Below, one piece after another: positions 19,994 to 31,527 of a stretch of 64,000 bases of DNA (positions are counted from its first letter, which is position 1; every line of letters begins with the position of its first letter). The notes under the pieces were generated by a model that saw only the letters and a list, made by a program, of their open reading frames with translations, had not been told where the DNA came from and ran no database searches. The position numbers were made by a program, and so were the translations under genes. The DNA comes from Caecitellus pseudoparvulus (lineage: Eukaryota > Protista > Bigyra: Bicosoecida), in contig CBFFRQ010000043.1 of NCBI GenBank assembly GCA_965644315.1, forward strand, positions 682,001 to 746,000, in the 5' to 3' direction.

Positions 19994-22134
19994 TCACGCA
20001 CTGGGGGCTTTCATGATGCGGCGCAGGTCCAGCTCGTTCCGTCGAGTGATGTCTGAGATTGCTGCCAAGGCAGGGCAGTCCCTGGGGATGGAGGGGTTGC
20101 CTCGCAGGTCCAGGCTGGTCAAGCACACGTTTCGGTCCAGAGCGCCCAGGATGCCCTCCACATCCGCCTCCTCCAGTTCATTCCCCGACAAGTCCAGGGT
20201 GATGAGGGGTGCTGCTTCCCCCCGCAAGCACTCTGCCAGCGCCGCTGCCGAGCGGGAGCCCAGCTGGTTGTGGGCCAGGTTCAGCGACGTGAGGGTGCTG
20301 TTGCCCTGCAGCCCCGCCAGCAGCGCCTCGCCACCCTCTTCCTGCAGGCGGTTCAGGCGCAGGTTCAAGTCCACCAGGGCTTCGTTCTCTGCCAGGGCCC
20401 TGCCCAGGTACTTGCCCCCCTCTGCGCGGATGGCGTTGTCTGAGAGGTCCAGGGACATGATGACGGAGTCTTGCCCCAGCAGGCGCGTGAGCAGGCGCAC
20501 GCCGAACTCTGAGATCTTATTGTGGCTCAAGTCCAGGTGCGTGACTGTCTGGTTGTGCACCATGCCCGTGATGAGCAGGCGCAGGAGGTCGTCGTCCAGG
20601 AGGTTGCGGGGCAGGGACAGGGAGGCCAGGGTGGGCGTGGCCTTCAGGCACTTGGCCAGGGACATGGCGTCCGTGACTTTCAAGCCCAGGAGGGCACGGC
20701 TGTAGCGCATGCCCACGCCCTGCACGCCGTAGGTGAGGGTGAGGGAGGCCAGGTTGGGCAGGCGCGAGAAGACGATTTCCCAGTCCAGGTGGGACAGCTG
20801 CTGCCCCAGTGTCAGGGCGAAGGTGCAGTCCTCCCCTGCCTCCAGGTGCTTCACGAGGCGGGACAGCTGCAGGGCCCGGGTGCAGATGAGGCAGGGTTTG
20901 CGGCGCCGGGGCAGGACCCCCGTGGTCTGGAAGATCTCCAGCTCCTCCGGCAGCAGGAACTCCCGCAGGGTGTTGTTGTCGCAGTCGCCCTCCTCCTCGC
21001 CCCCGTCGTCCCACTCCGCCACGCCCTCCAGCCGCCGCAGCTCGGCACCGGCATGCTCCGGCACAGCCAGTGCGCCCGCCACAAGCGCCACACCATCTCG
21101 GTTGCCCGGCCCAGCTCCACCCCCCGCTGCCGCCGCTGCAGCCTCTGCCTTGCTCTCTCCAGCCTCCTCTCCCGGCACGCTGGCACTGGGTGAGGCTGGG
21201 CGCATGCGCCGCTGGTCCTCGGGCAGGTGAGCCCATGCGTAGGACTCTGTGAAGCGCTCCGTGGCGGGTATGACGTACTTCTTCATATTCTCCAGGGCCG
21301 GCCAGCCCGAGTTCGGCGCGCGGGCGATGCGCACGGCGTCACAGTTGGCGCCGAAGCGGCAGAAGCGTTCCCGCACAGGGCGGCCATCGGGGCGCGTTGT
21401 GGGCAGCTGGGGGTACAGCAGAGGCCAATCAGGGTGCGTCGCGTCGATGGCTGGGCGGATGCTGGCCACTTCGTACTCGTGGGAGATGCCTGCGGGGGTG
21501 GGAGGGTGCCGTTCACCCGCCGGGGCAGGGTGCAGCCAGGCAGCGGCACTACGCACCTTCGCTGGCACCAAACGTCTCCAGGCGCTGAGCCAAGAAGCGC
21601 TCGAAGAAGAGCTGCTTCCAGGACAAGCCGTGCTGGGCGATGTCGCAGGTGCTCCAGCCCATCTCATCCTTGCACACGCGCTCCCAGTAGTGCTCGTCAT
21701 TCACGTGGGGCCCAGTCACGGCAGGGTCGATGTCGCACCGCAGGCTGGAAGTGATGGCCAGGACGTACTTGGGGTCCAGCCCGTCAATGTTGGGGTACTC
21801 TGCACGGGGACGCGAGGGGCAGTGAGGGCTCGCTGCCAGGGGTCACTGGCTGTGCGGCAGCGGCCACCCACCTGCAAAGTGCTTGGCGATGACTTGCAGC
21901 GAAAGCTCTGTCAGGGAGGGGACTTGGTACACGGTCGGAGCAGCTTTCCTCGTGGTGGTGCTTGTCTGTGCGCCAGGGGCAAGAAGGGGGTGGCCTCCAG
22001 CAGTTGGCCGCGTGCGCTGCGACTGCACCCCTCACCTTTTCGCCCTCTGCTCGTTGGAATCGTGCAGGGCGATACTTCCGGAGAGTCCTCGCTATTGTTG
22101 TTGGGGGATGCGGCAGGTCTGACGACGCTGCCAT
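19994..22134 (-). CDS. DRC5: Dynein regulatory complex subunit 5 (TCTE1) with internal insertion
   Basis: Exons 22134-22036, 21965-21872, 21799-21557, 21489-19994. Motifs VPSLTELSL, DEHYWER, IAQHGLSWKQLFFER, QQLSHLD, LTYGVQGVGMRY, then RNI-like LRRs. Confidence 0.88.
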
Positions 22135-22408
22135 CGCTCAGAGCCGTGATTGGAAGCAAGAAAGCACGATACAAGGGTAAGGCCGTTTCAGGCTCAATTT
22201 CCGCGGGCGAGTCGCGCAGGAGTGGAGTTGTGCGCCTTGTGGAAGCGCGGTACATTCATGAACCCCACTGCACACAGTCAGCACGTAAACGTGCGTGCAG
22301 GACGTGTGGACGACACTGGGGGTGTGAGTTTTCTTCAGACGGGTGCGGATGTGGTGACGGGTCTGAACCTGGCAAGACACGCTTGATCCAGCCCTTGCTG
22401 CGCAGCCG

Positions 22409-23136
22409 TCACCCACAGCAGGTTCCCCCCGCCTTGGTCTCCTTGGGTTCAATCTGCACAGTGGGTGGTTTCTGCCCTGGGGAGCTGGGCGGCGCTGCCT
22501 GCCCAGCCTTGCCGCTGGCTCGCTTGGCTTGGCGCAGGCGGTGTGCCTCCCGCAGCAGGGAGACGAAGGCCTCCTTCACCCCCACCCCCGACAGGGCCGA
22601 CGCCTCCATGAAGGCCAGCCCATGCTTCTGGGCAAAGGCCAGGCCGGCCTCTGTCGCGACGCTGGTGTGGGTGGGCGGCAGGTCCGCCTTGTTGCCCAGC
22701 AGCAGCACTGCGACGTCTGGCGGCGCAGTCTGCCGCAGCTCGGCGAGCCACTTCTCGCAGTCGTCCAGGGTCTGCGTGTTGCTGCAGTCGTACACCAGCA
22801 CCGCCCCCGCCGTGCCGCGGTAGAAGGCGGTGGCGATGGCCCGGTACCGCTCTTGCCCAGCAGTGTCGTGCAGGGTGGCCCGCACTTGCAGACCGCTGCC
22901 GAGGTCAAAGGTCCCCTTCGTGATGTCCGTTCCCACGGTGGAGGCTGTCTGAGGCAGCAGCGAGGGGGGCGGGGCGCCGTGCGGAGTGTGGGCAGCTGCC
23001 GCCAGCAGTTGTGCCCATGCGCCGCACACACCTGCAGGGAGAACTCCTCCCTCGTGAAACGGGAGAGAAGGTTCGTCTTGCCGACGTCACTGTTTCCGAT
23101 CACGACCACTTTCAGGCTGTCATCTTGAGCAGCCAT
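22409..23136 (-). CDS. Divergent Rab GTPase (Rab11-like)
   Basis: GNSDVGKTNLLSRF, DTAGQERYRAI, GNKADL, EASAL, C-terminal CCG. One intron at about 23031-22950. Confidence 0.88.
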
Positions 23137-23337
23137 GCTGCTGAGGGCAATCGATTGGCGGCGTTTCGAGACCGAAACGTCAATCACGCAGCCCGACTTG
23201 GGGCCCCCTCAGCCCACACTCCGGGAAACAATGGACGGGGCGTGGGAATTTCCCCGACTATTGTGCAACAACGTCCAAGATTGACACGCCCGACCGCCGA
23301 GAGTGCGCAGGTCCTTGGGTTTTTAGCTAGTTTCGCA

Positions 23338-24270
23338 ATGGCTGCAGCGCCCGTCAAAGAGCAGCCTGGTGCCGGCTCGTCTGAGGCCGACTTTGAGGAG
23401 GCCCTGGCCAAGCACAGCGCGGCAGCTTCTGCGTCCAGCGGAAGCACCATGCTGCAGGCCATGCTCTCGCAGTTGCAGCAGGCCGTCTACACACACGGCC
23501 CCAGCAATGCCGAGCAAAACGCCAAGCTGTGGGATTTGTACGCTGCCGAGCACGCAGACGCCCCCGCTTGGCTGCAGCACATGGCTTCATCCGTAGGAAG
23601 GGAGCCTGACGCCATCGTGGGCAGTGAGTGGAGCGACGCAGCGAGCCTGGATGCAGTCCTTGAAGAGTGGGTGCTGCCTCACTTGCCAAGTGGCGGCGCA
23701 GTTGCCGAGGTGGCAGTGGGTGGTGGCCGCATCGCAATGCGGATCGCAGAGGCCCTGTCCGCTGCCGGCAGCTCAGCACGCCTGGTGGTGAGTGACGTCA
23801 GCCAAGGCATGCTGCGCCGTGCCCAGGAAGCCCTCCGTGACAGCCCAGTGCCCGTGGAGTTCCTGCACACGCCGAGTGGGGAAGGCGCCCAGTGGCAGGC
23901 GGCCATGGCAGGCCAGGTGGGCGACACGCCAGTGCATTTCATCGTCTGCTTCGACGCCATGGTGCACATGGACGTGCACACGGTGTGGGCGTACCTACAG
24001 GCCATGCACAGCGTGCTGGCGCCAGGGGGTGCCGCCTTCATCTCCACCTCCAACATCGCCTCGCCAGCCGGCTGGCAACGCTTCACGAAGCAGCGGCGGG
24101 GCACCGTGGGCGGCTTTGCCTGGATGAGCCCCGACACGGCCAAGCTCCTCGCCAGCAAGGCGGGCTTTGCAGTGGAGGCCGTGGCTGCTGCGGGGCCGGG
24201 GGACGACGCCACGGGCAACCTGTACGTCGACCGGGACTGCCTGCTGCTCCTGCGCAAGGCAGCATCATGA
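23338..24270 (+). CDS. Class I SAM-dependent methyltransferase, substrate unknown
   Basis: Motif I-like VAEVAVGGGR, SDVSQGML, CFDAMVHMD, VLAPGGAAFIS. Confidence 0.8.
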   Translation: MAAAPVKEQPGAGSSEADFEEALAKHSAAASASSGSTMLQAMLSQLQQAVYTHGPSNAEQNAKLWDLYAAEHADAPAWLQHMASSVGREPDAIVGSEWSDAASLDAVLEEWVLPHLPSGGAVAEVAVGGGRIAMRIAEALSAAGSSARLVVSDVSQGMLRRAQEALRDSPVPVEFLHTPSGEGAQWQAAMAGQVGDTPVHFIVCFDAMVHMDVHTVWAYLQAMHSVLAPGGAAFISTSNIASPAGWQRFTKQRRGTVGGFAWMSPDTAKLLASKAGFAVEAVAAAGPGDDATGNLYVDRDCLLLLRKAAS

Positions 24271-25404
24271 GCCAGGTGTAGCAGGGGCGGCAGCGCCTTC
24301 AGCTGCCGCTCGCTGAGCTGCCAGGGACAGTTGCTGCTCCTTCTCCGTGAGGGGCGGCAGGAGGGTGAGGTCCACGGCCACCGCCTCGGGCAGGCGCACG
24401 CTGGCAGCAATGTACTCCGTGTCAGCCCGGACGAAGTCCTGGGTCAGGTACTTGGCGGCATGCTTCGTCAGCCACCTGACGAAGTCGTTCAAGTGCCCGC
24501 TCAGGCTGGCCATCACTGCCGCATCCACGTCCAGGTCCTCCAGCAGCGACGGCAGTTTCACCAGCAGACGCAGGAGGTGCTCCGCGCCAAACACGCGGCT
24601 GGACTCGTATGGCATGGTGGGGGACACCTCCAGGTGCTTCTTCAGCAACTCGTCGAACTGGTGCCGCTCGAAGCGGTACAGCAGGCAGACGGGCAGGGCC
24701 CGGTCGAAGTACAGGCGCACTCCCCGCAGCACCGACGCAGCGGCCTCCGCGTCAGCGCCAGATCCCAGGGTGGACTGGTACGTGTCCAGCAAGTCCTTCA
24801 CGGTCTGCCCCTCGGGCTTGGGCAGGCGCACCAGGCAGCGCTTGTTCACGATCATCTCCCAGTCATGCACCAAGGCGGTCTTGTGGGTGGCAGACAGGGG
24901 CAGCTTCAGCGCAGCATCCTTGCGGCGGCTCTTGGCTGCCTGGGCAGCACCCCCGTCGCCAGACGGAGCCGACGCGGCACTGGACTCGTTGCGCCTGCGC
25001 TTGGTGCCTTTGGACTTGGAGGACTTGGCTTCAGCCGCTGCCTCGGCCGCCTTGGCCCGGAGGCGAGCCTCCAGCTCCTGCACCATCTTGGTGGTCTCCT
25101 CCGTGATGGGCACCAGCCGCTCCACGACGACGTCTTCGTCGTACTTCTTGTTCCAACCGTGGTAGTGAACTCGGAACTCGGTGAATTCCCCGCCAAAGCC
25201 GTTGCGGGCCAGCACCTGCGCAGGAGCAGTGCACGGTCGAGTGGGTGCGGCGTTTTCTCCTGCCACTCTGCCAAGCCGCCTGGCACTCACTTTGCACTTG
25301 TACAGCCGGCCATCCTGGTGGTACACGTAGTACACACCACCCACTTCCACGTCATCGTTTTGCAGCGTGGGGATCTTCGTGCCCTCCCCTGCCTCGGCAG
25401 CCAT
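24265..25404 (-). CDS. MORF4L1: MRG15/Eaf3 chromo-barrel and MRG domain protein
   Basis: LYKCK, VHYHGWNKKYDE, LVHDWE, YFDRALPVCLLYRFER, FGAEHLLRLLVKLP. In-frame intron at about 25290-25216. Confidence 0.92.
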   Translation of the reverse strand: MAAEAGEGTKIPTLQNDDVEVGGVYYVYHQDGRLYKCKVSARRLGRVAGENAAPTRPCTAPAQVLARNGFGGEFTEFRVHYHGWNKKYDEDVVVERLVPITEETTKMVQELEARLRAKAAEAAAEAKSSKSKGTKRRRNESSAASAPSGDGGAAQAAKSRRKDAALKLPLSATHKTALVHDWEMIVNKRCLVRLPKPEGQTVKDLLDTYQSTLGSGADAEAAASVLRGVRLYFDRALPVCLLYRFERHQFDELLKKHLEVSPTMPYESSRVFGAEHLLRLLVKLPSLLEDLDVDAAVMASLSGHLNDFVRWLTKHAAKYLTQDFVRADTEYIAASVRLPEAVAVDLTLLPPLTEKEQQLSLAAQRAAAEGAAAPATPGS

Positions 25405-25623
25405 GGCTGGAACTCGCGTGCGCAGCCTGGTGTCCTCAAACACCTCCGGCGCACGCTGCTCGGGCCTGGCACGATGCCCTCGCACACTCGGCGCGTCACA
25501 CTGTCGCTGTCAAGCTCGCAACTGCGCGTACTAGGCTGGATGCTGCATTTAGTGGTTTGCATTGTGCGAGGGACGGCGCTTTGCCCGAGCCTGCGCCGCT
25601 CCGTCGCGGTAGGGGGGGTGCTC

Positions 25624-27154
25624 TCAAAGCCTCTCAGAAGAGGCCGCCACGTGGCCCCCTGAGAAAAACACCTGCCATGACAGGTCTCCCACCTGCAGGG
25701 AGCGCTGTGTGTGCGGCAGGGTGGCTGCAGTCGCCAGGCTCTCTGCAGGCGTGCCCTGCGTTGCAGGCAGCAGCTGCAGCGTGCCGTGTCGATCTCTGTG
25801 CACGACCAGTCCGCCGGGCGGCAGCAAGTCCGTCTGGGGCAGGTCTTTGCTTGGCACGTGCACTGCCTCGCACACTGCAGCATTCAGCTCCTCCACAGTG
25901 GCCTCTCGCTGTGCGCCGACAGTGCCGCCCCCTTGGTCCAGCGCAGCATAGGCGTACCAGGCACCCTGCTGCGTGCGCAGCAGCAGCGAGGCAGCACGGG
26001 AGCCGTACGGCAGCAGCGCCTTGACGTATCTTTGGGCAGAGCTGGCCAGGGCGGCGCCTACGCCGGCCAAGCCCAGCAAGCTCAGGGGAAGGGTGGAGGC
26101 CAGGCGCCACGTCACACCCCATGCTTCCGGCGTGACCGCGAAGAGGCCAGCCCAGGCAACGGAGAGCAGCACGACAGACAGTGCAGCTGCCGTTTGGAGA
26201 CCCCCGGGCAGCAGGCGCTTGAGCATGGACAGTGTGCACGCCAGCCATGTCTGGGAGAGGAAGGCTTGTGTGATGATGGGCAGGCGGCAATGGGACTGCA
26301 GGAACACCTCCAGTGGCTCGGGCAAGGGCGACCAGTCCAACAGTCCACGCGGAGCGGGGGAAGTGAAAGGTGGCACGGTGACGTTGCCCGCCGACAGCGT
26401 GCGTGTAACGCGGCGCAAGGCAGCCAGCACGCCTGGCAACTCCTGCAAGGGCTCCAACTGAGGCGGCAGGGTGGTGGGGGTGGCAGCCGGCGCCCCCCAC
26501 ACGTCCACCTGTTGCAGGGCTTGCATCTCGGCTTCCATAAAGTGCACCCGAGGCCAGGATGTGTCGTTCAGGTGAGAGTTGCTGAGGGCGTGAGCGCCTG
26601 CCCGGTCCAGGGTCACAGCGCTGGCCTTGGAGAACGGCGTGGAAGACATGGACAGGGTAGTCGCACGGGGAAGCAGACACGCTGCAATGTCCCCACCATC
26701 CACTCTGTTCGTCACGTACTTCAGGCTGCCAGGCGTGCGTATGTCCCCGAAAACAGCGTTGAAGCCAGCAAATTCCGCGCTGCAGCGACACGCCAAGCAG
26801 TGAAAGCGCGCTTGCGGTGCAAAGTCGGCACTGCGAGACGCACCCCAGGTCAACCGTGGCTGCTTCTTCCAGCAGACCGTCCTGCCCTCCCTCCAGAAAC
26901 GCCTTGATGAGCTGCCCACGAGAAACTGGGGCTGGTGGCCCAGGCAGGCGCCGGCGTACATTTGTAAGGGAGGCGAAGCGCCCCGACAGGACACTGAGGC
27001 CCATCCAGGTGCCCTGTGCCTGCAGGTCTACCCCACCCAGCACCGACATGCCCAGCATGGGGGGCTGCACTGGTCTGCGCAGCACCTCATCTCGGATGTG
27101 CAGGAGGAGGAAGCGGCCATCGCTCCCCCGCAGCAGCAGCCCCAGCAAACACAT
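25624..27154 (-). CDS. TANGO2: TANGO2/NRDE-family protein with transmembrane insertion
   Basis: N-terminal MCL, HIRDE..RP, GGVDLQAQGTWMG, LTNVR, SRGQL, FAGFN, ALSNSHLNDTSWP, YGSRAAS. One intron near 26780-26850. Confidence 0.8.
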
Positions 27155-27278
27155 GTTGCCCCGAGCGAGGGGGGCCTGGGTGCAGCCAGAGACGGAACAC
27201 GCACAGCTTGACCTCTGGCGTGCAAATTTGCGTGCATTGCGGGCAGTGGGGCGCCGAGGCGGACCCTGCCAGTCCCCC

Positions 27279-28394
27279 TCACTCGCTGTCGCTGTCAGAC
27301 CCGACGGGCTTCTCATCCTCCACAGTCAGCGCGTACGGCTCGTTCACGACGGTCAGGCGCCCGCCCTTGGCCTCCAGGGTGGCCTTGATCGTGTCAATGC
27401 ACGTCTGCAGGCTGGCGAAGCCGACCTCCTTGCTCAAGTGCACCGTGGTCAGGGCATAGGAGGGGGGGGACACCAGGTTCACCGCCACGGGGCAGTCGGA
27501 GTCCGCCGTGGAGGCCTTGCCGGCCAGCAGGGCCTCCCGCACGGCGTCCACGCCCTCGTAGGCGATGCAGGTGACCTCCACGTCGGCGCGCATCTTGATG
27601 GGGCTGGGCGTCATGCGGCGCTCAATCTGCACCAGCACCTCCTGCTTCTCCGCCTCGGACATGTCCAGGGGCCCGAACACCTCCTCAGGCTTGCTGTGCA
27701 GGGCGAACAAGAGCGACACGTGCAGGGGGTGTGTGTGCTACACAGCACGGACAAGCCGTGCAGCGGCACGCACTTGGCTGCGATGGTGAAGGCCTCGTAG
27801 GCTGAAGGGTACGCCTTGGCGAGGGGCCAGGAGATGCGCCTGCACAAGTCCTCCAGGGGCTGCTTGGTCTTCTCTGCCGCGTGCATGAGGATGCTTTGGA
27901 CCTGCGGGACGACGGGGTGGCGGTGTGCAGTGCAGGGGGGGGGGCACGGCCTGGCGCCCCGCCGCTCGCCAGGGCCAGTGTTCCCAACTGCCTGAAACGC
28001 CGGCGTCACGCACCGCCTTGGCCTCTGTGAACCGAGTCTCTGCCACCGTGCGCTCCTCTGAGGAGACGCGGCGCTTGGAGAGATCAATGTAGCCCTTTTC
28101 CCTGTCCACGCGCGTGACCATGACAACTTCGTTGGTGTTCACACGCAGCAACTTGTTGATGCTGCGAATGCGGCGCCGGCTCAGCTCGGACAGCAGCACC
28201 ATGCCCTCAATGCCGCCGTACTCCAGGAGCCGCACGTAAGCTCCCATCTCTGCGATGCTCTCCACTCGCACCATGACACACTCGTCCACCTCTGGGAATT
28301 CGTTCTCAAAGAACCGGCACTTGGTGGCGCCCATGGAGGACGCTGACACGTCGGCTGCTGCCAAGCCGGCAGAGTCCTCTGCTGCGCCGGCCAT
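27279..28394 (-). CDS. EIF2S1: Translation initiation factor eIF2 alpha
   Basis: Exons 28394-28014, 27901-27774, 27693-27279. [25 protein letters not shown] (Ser51 site), [11 protein letters not shown]. Confidence 0.97.
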
Positions 28395-28773
28395 GTCAAT
28401 GGAGCAGGAGCACGGATCCACGTAGAGGGCAAGAGGGTGGGTGGAGCATGCAGCTGGCGTGCGGGTGTGCGGGAGAGGGGCGGGAAAGTGGGTGGTTGAG
28501 GTGGGTGACAAGGCTCAACCTCTGCAGCCCCCCGCTTCAAAAGCCGCAGCTGTGCCCGTTCCAGAAGTGGGACGCAGCGCAAAAACCCCGCGACGATTCA
28601 GCACGGAAGCGAGTGCACGGGCTTTCTCCTGCAGTTAGTACCACCCCGCCGTGCACCACTGACAGGCCAGCAGTCGTCCTCGTCGCGAAGCATATTCCGC
28701 TGTCCAGGCGCCCGCCTCGCCCTGTCAGCCAGCCAGGCCCAGGCAGAAGCAGCCCAGGCTCGACGAGTGCAGC

Positions 28774-30383
28774 ATGGAGGAAGACCTTGCCAATCTTGAC
28801 TTGTTCGGCGATGACAGCGACTCGGGCTCCGACGCTGGCCCGGTGAGAGCCGCCGCAGTGTGTGGTGCCGACTGCCAGACACACCAGCTCCCCGCCGTCG
28901 GCCTTGCCGCAGGCTCCGCGCCCAGCTGCCTCCAGCGGCGAACAGACCAACGCGTCTGCGGTGCAGCAAGAAGCCTCAGCCAGCGGAGGTGTCCCTACCA
29001 GTGCGTGCAGCCTGCCTCCGCCCTTGACAGCTGTCCCCCCTCACGCCACCCTGCTTCCCCTGCCCAGCTCGTGATCTGCTGGGGGACGACTCCGACGACG
29101 ACAGCGCCAGCGACGGCGTGGTGGCAGCGTCCACTGCCCCCCGCCTGTCCATGCAGGAGGCGCCACCCGGCGTGCCCTCCCGGGCCCCAGCCCAGGCCCG
29201 CGCGGAGGAAGCCCTGCACGCCCAGCGCAGGGCAGAGGCTGTGCACGTGAACGTGCCAGTGGCGGTGCCTGCACACCGCCCGGCGCCCAACAGCACCACG
29301 ACAGTGATGCGCATCCCCGGCTCCGTCGCCGTGGCGGCGCAAGGCTTCCACCCCTCCTCTTTCAGTGCCGAGGAGGAGGAGGCGGGGCTGAAGGCGGCGG
29401 GCAAGGTGCTGGGCGGCGCCACGTCCATGGTGCGCTGGCGGTGGGCCGACGAGGCCAAGACGCAGCGGGAGACCAACACCAAGATGGTGCAGTGGAGCGA
29501 CGGCTCCATCACCCTGCACATCGGCAAGGACGCCTTCAGCGTGCTGCCCACGCCTGTGGGCGGCGGCGCCGAGCAGCTGTACGCAGGCGTGACCTCCAAG
29601 CCCGTGCAGGGCGTGGGCAAGGCCGAGACGGTGCTGGAGGGCGTGACTGCCATCTCGCACCGCCTGACTGTGCGCCCCTTCGCAGTGGGCGGCGTGACCA
29701 GCAACGCTGTCCTGGCCGCCCGGCAAGGCAGCCGGCGCCGCGGCATCCAGATCATGCACGACGTGCGGGACGGCGACAAGGCCAAGGCGGCCCTCATCGA
29801 GAAGACGGAGCGTGAGCTGCGGGAGGTGCAGGCGGCAGCTCGGCGCACGGCTGAGCTGAACGCCCGAGCCACGCGGGGAGGGCGTGTGGGAGACATTGAC
29901 GACGCGTTGCTGGAGGGAGATGAGGGTCTCATGTTCGACGACGACGAGGGCGTGAACGTGCGCCAGCTGCGGCAGGCGGTGAAAGCGGGGGACATGGGGG
30001 ACACCTTGTTCGAGCAGGAGTCAGAGGAGGAGTCAGAGGCGGAGGTGGACCTGAGCAAGCCGGCGTTGCAGGGCGATGCGGGCACCCAGGCCACTCAGGC
30101 CACACAGCCCAGCAGTGATGACGATGACGACTTGTTCGGAGATGAGGAGGACAGCGAGGCAGACGCCGATTCTGGACGAGAGGGGGGAGGCGGTGACGCC
30201 GCCCCGCCAGCACCTAGCCCTGCACCCGAGGCAGCCGGCGGCAGCCCCGTTGGTGGCACGAAGCGTGTGCTGGCGTCGCAGGCCACTATCGCCAGCAGCG
30301 ATGAGGAGGAGGACGCCGTGGTGGCGCCAGCCAAGCGGCGGCGGGGCGGTGACACAGTGCTGGACGACGACTCAGACGAGTGA
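28774..30383 (+). CDS. LEO1: Paf1 complex subunit LEO1
   Basis: DLFGDDSD N-terminus, VRWRW, TNTKMVQWSDGSITLHIG signature, acidic tail. Two probable introns within 28843-29068. Confidence 0.85.
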
Positions 30384-30471
30384 ATGCACCGCCACTTCTG
30401 GCCAGCTGCCACGCGGCTGCTGCTGCTGCTGCATTGTGCGGGGCAGGCGGTGGCCTGCCTGGCGCCTGGCT

Positions 30472-31419
30472 TCAGCCCAGGCGGCCCCCCCTCCGACGTG
30501 GCATCATGCGGCGCATCTGGCGCGAATCTGCCCCGGACGGGTCCTCCAGCATCATGTTGTAGTACTCTGCAGGGGAACTGGGCACGGCCTTTCCCTTCGC
30601 CACACGCTTCTTCAGCCAGCGGCAGGTGGACACGGCTTGCTCGTACGCTGGGAAAGAGGGGTGTGGCGTGGCGAGGTTGGCAGGGGCGTGCAGGCAGTCG
30701 GGGCTGGGCTTGGTACGCACAGGTGAGGAACTTGTTCACGGCCTGCACGTTCATGCCTGCGGCTTCGGCTATTCTCTGCTTTGCTTTGCGGTCGATGAGG
30801 GCTGGGTTTGCGATTTCCTCCTCCTGGGAAGCGAGCGCAGGTGGCGTTGTGGGCCAGGCCACAGCTTGGGCGGCGGCAGCGTTGCGCACTGTGAAGGCCT
30901 CTGCGATGGTGACATCCTTCATCTTCTGCTCGATTTCCTGCTGCTCCTGCTTCGTGCGCAGGTACTTCTGCCAGCCGTCCATGCCCGAGATCTTGGCCGT
31001 GTCCTGAACGTGGAGCAGCGTGCGGAATATGCAGGACTGCTCAGCACACAGAGCTGGCAGACGCGCCACCCCCGCGCACCTTCAGCGAGACGATGTGCGC
31101 TGCCATGTCATACGTCTTCAAAGACAGCATGTACTCCATCTGTGCATTCCACAGCTTGCCTGTGCCACGCGGCAGAGGACACGGCAGGGGTGTGGCGCTG
31201 AGCGGAAGGGCGAGCACGAGACGCCGGCCTCCACGCACTGACTTGCTCCTGCTGCTGCGCTTCCTTGCGGTCCTCGTAGCCCTTCTGGATGCTGTCGAAG
31301 ATGCCCATGTGTCGCACGGCCTGCCACGTGGGCAGAGCAGTGGCGCTGGCAGTGGCACGAGGCAGTGCTCGAGCACAAGCTGGCAGCGCCACTGCTGCGG
31401 CTCGCAGCGCTGCAGCCAT
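30472..31419 (-). CDS. Mitochondrion-targeted protein with SRP54/Ffh M (SPB) domain only
   Basis: Five short exons. Presequence MAAALRAAAVALPACARAL...VRHM. IAEAFT/EEEIANPALIDRKAKQRIAEAAGMNVQAVNKFL matches the M-domain pattern I.SMT..E...P.......RIA.GSG.....V..LL. Confidence 0.65.
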
Positions 31420-31527
31420 GATGATCTACGAAGCGCGTGCGTGTTTGATGGGTGTTGCGTGCTGCTCACTGAACCTGGTTGGGGCGAATTTGCATTGCAC
31501 GCAGAAGTGCCGGCGGCCGCAGGACCC

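Noticed and set aside
22017-22035. Possible 19-nt micro-intron in DRC5
   Set aside because: An in-frame acceptor at 21966 with a pyrimidine tract gives a typical 70-nt intron.
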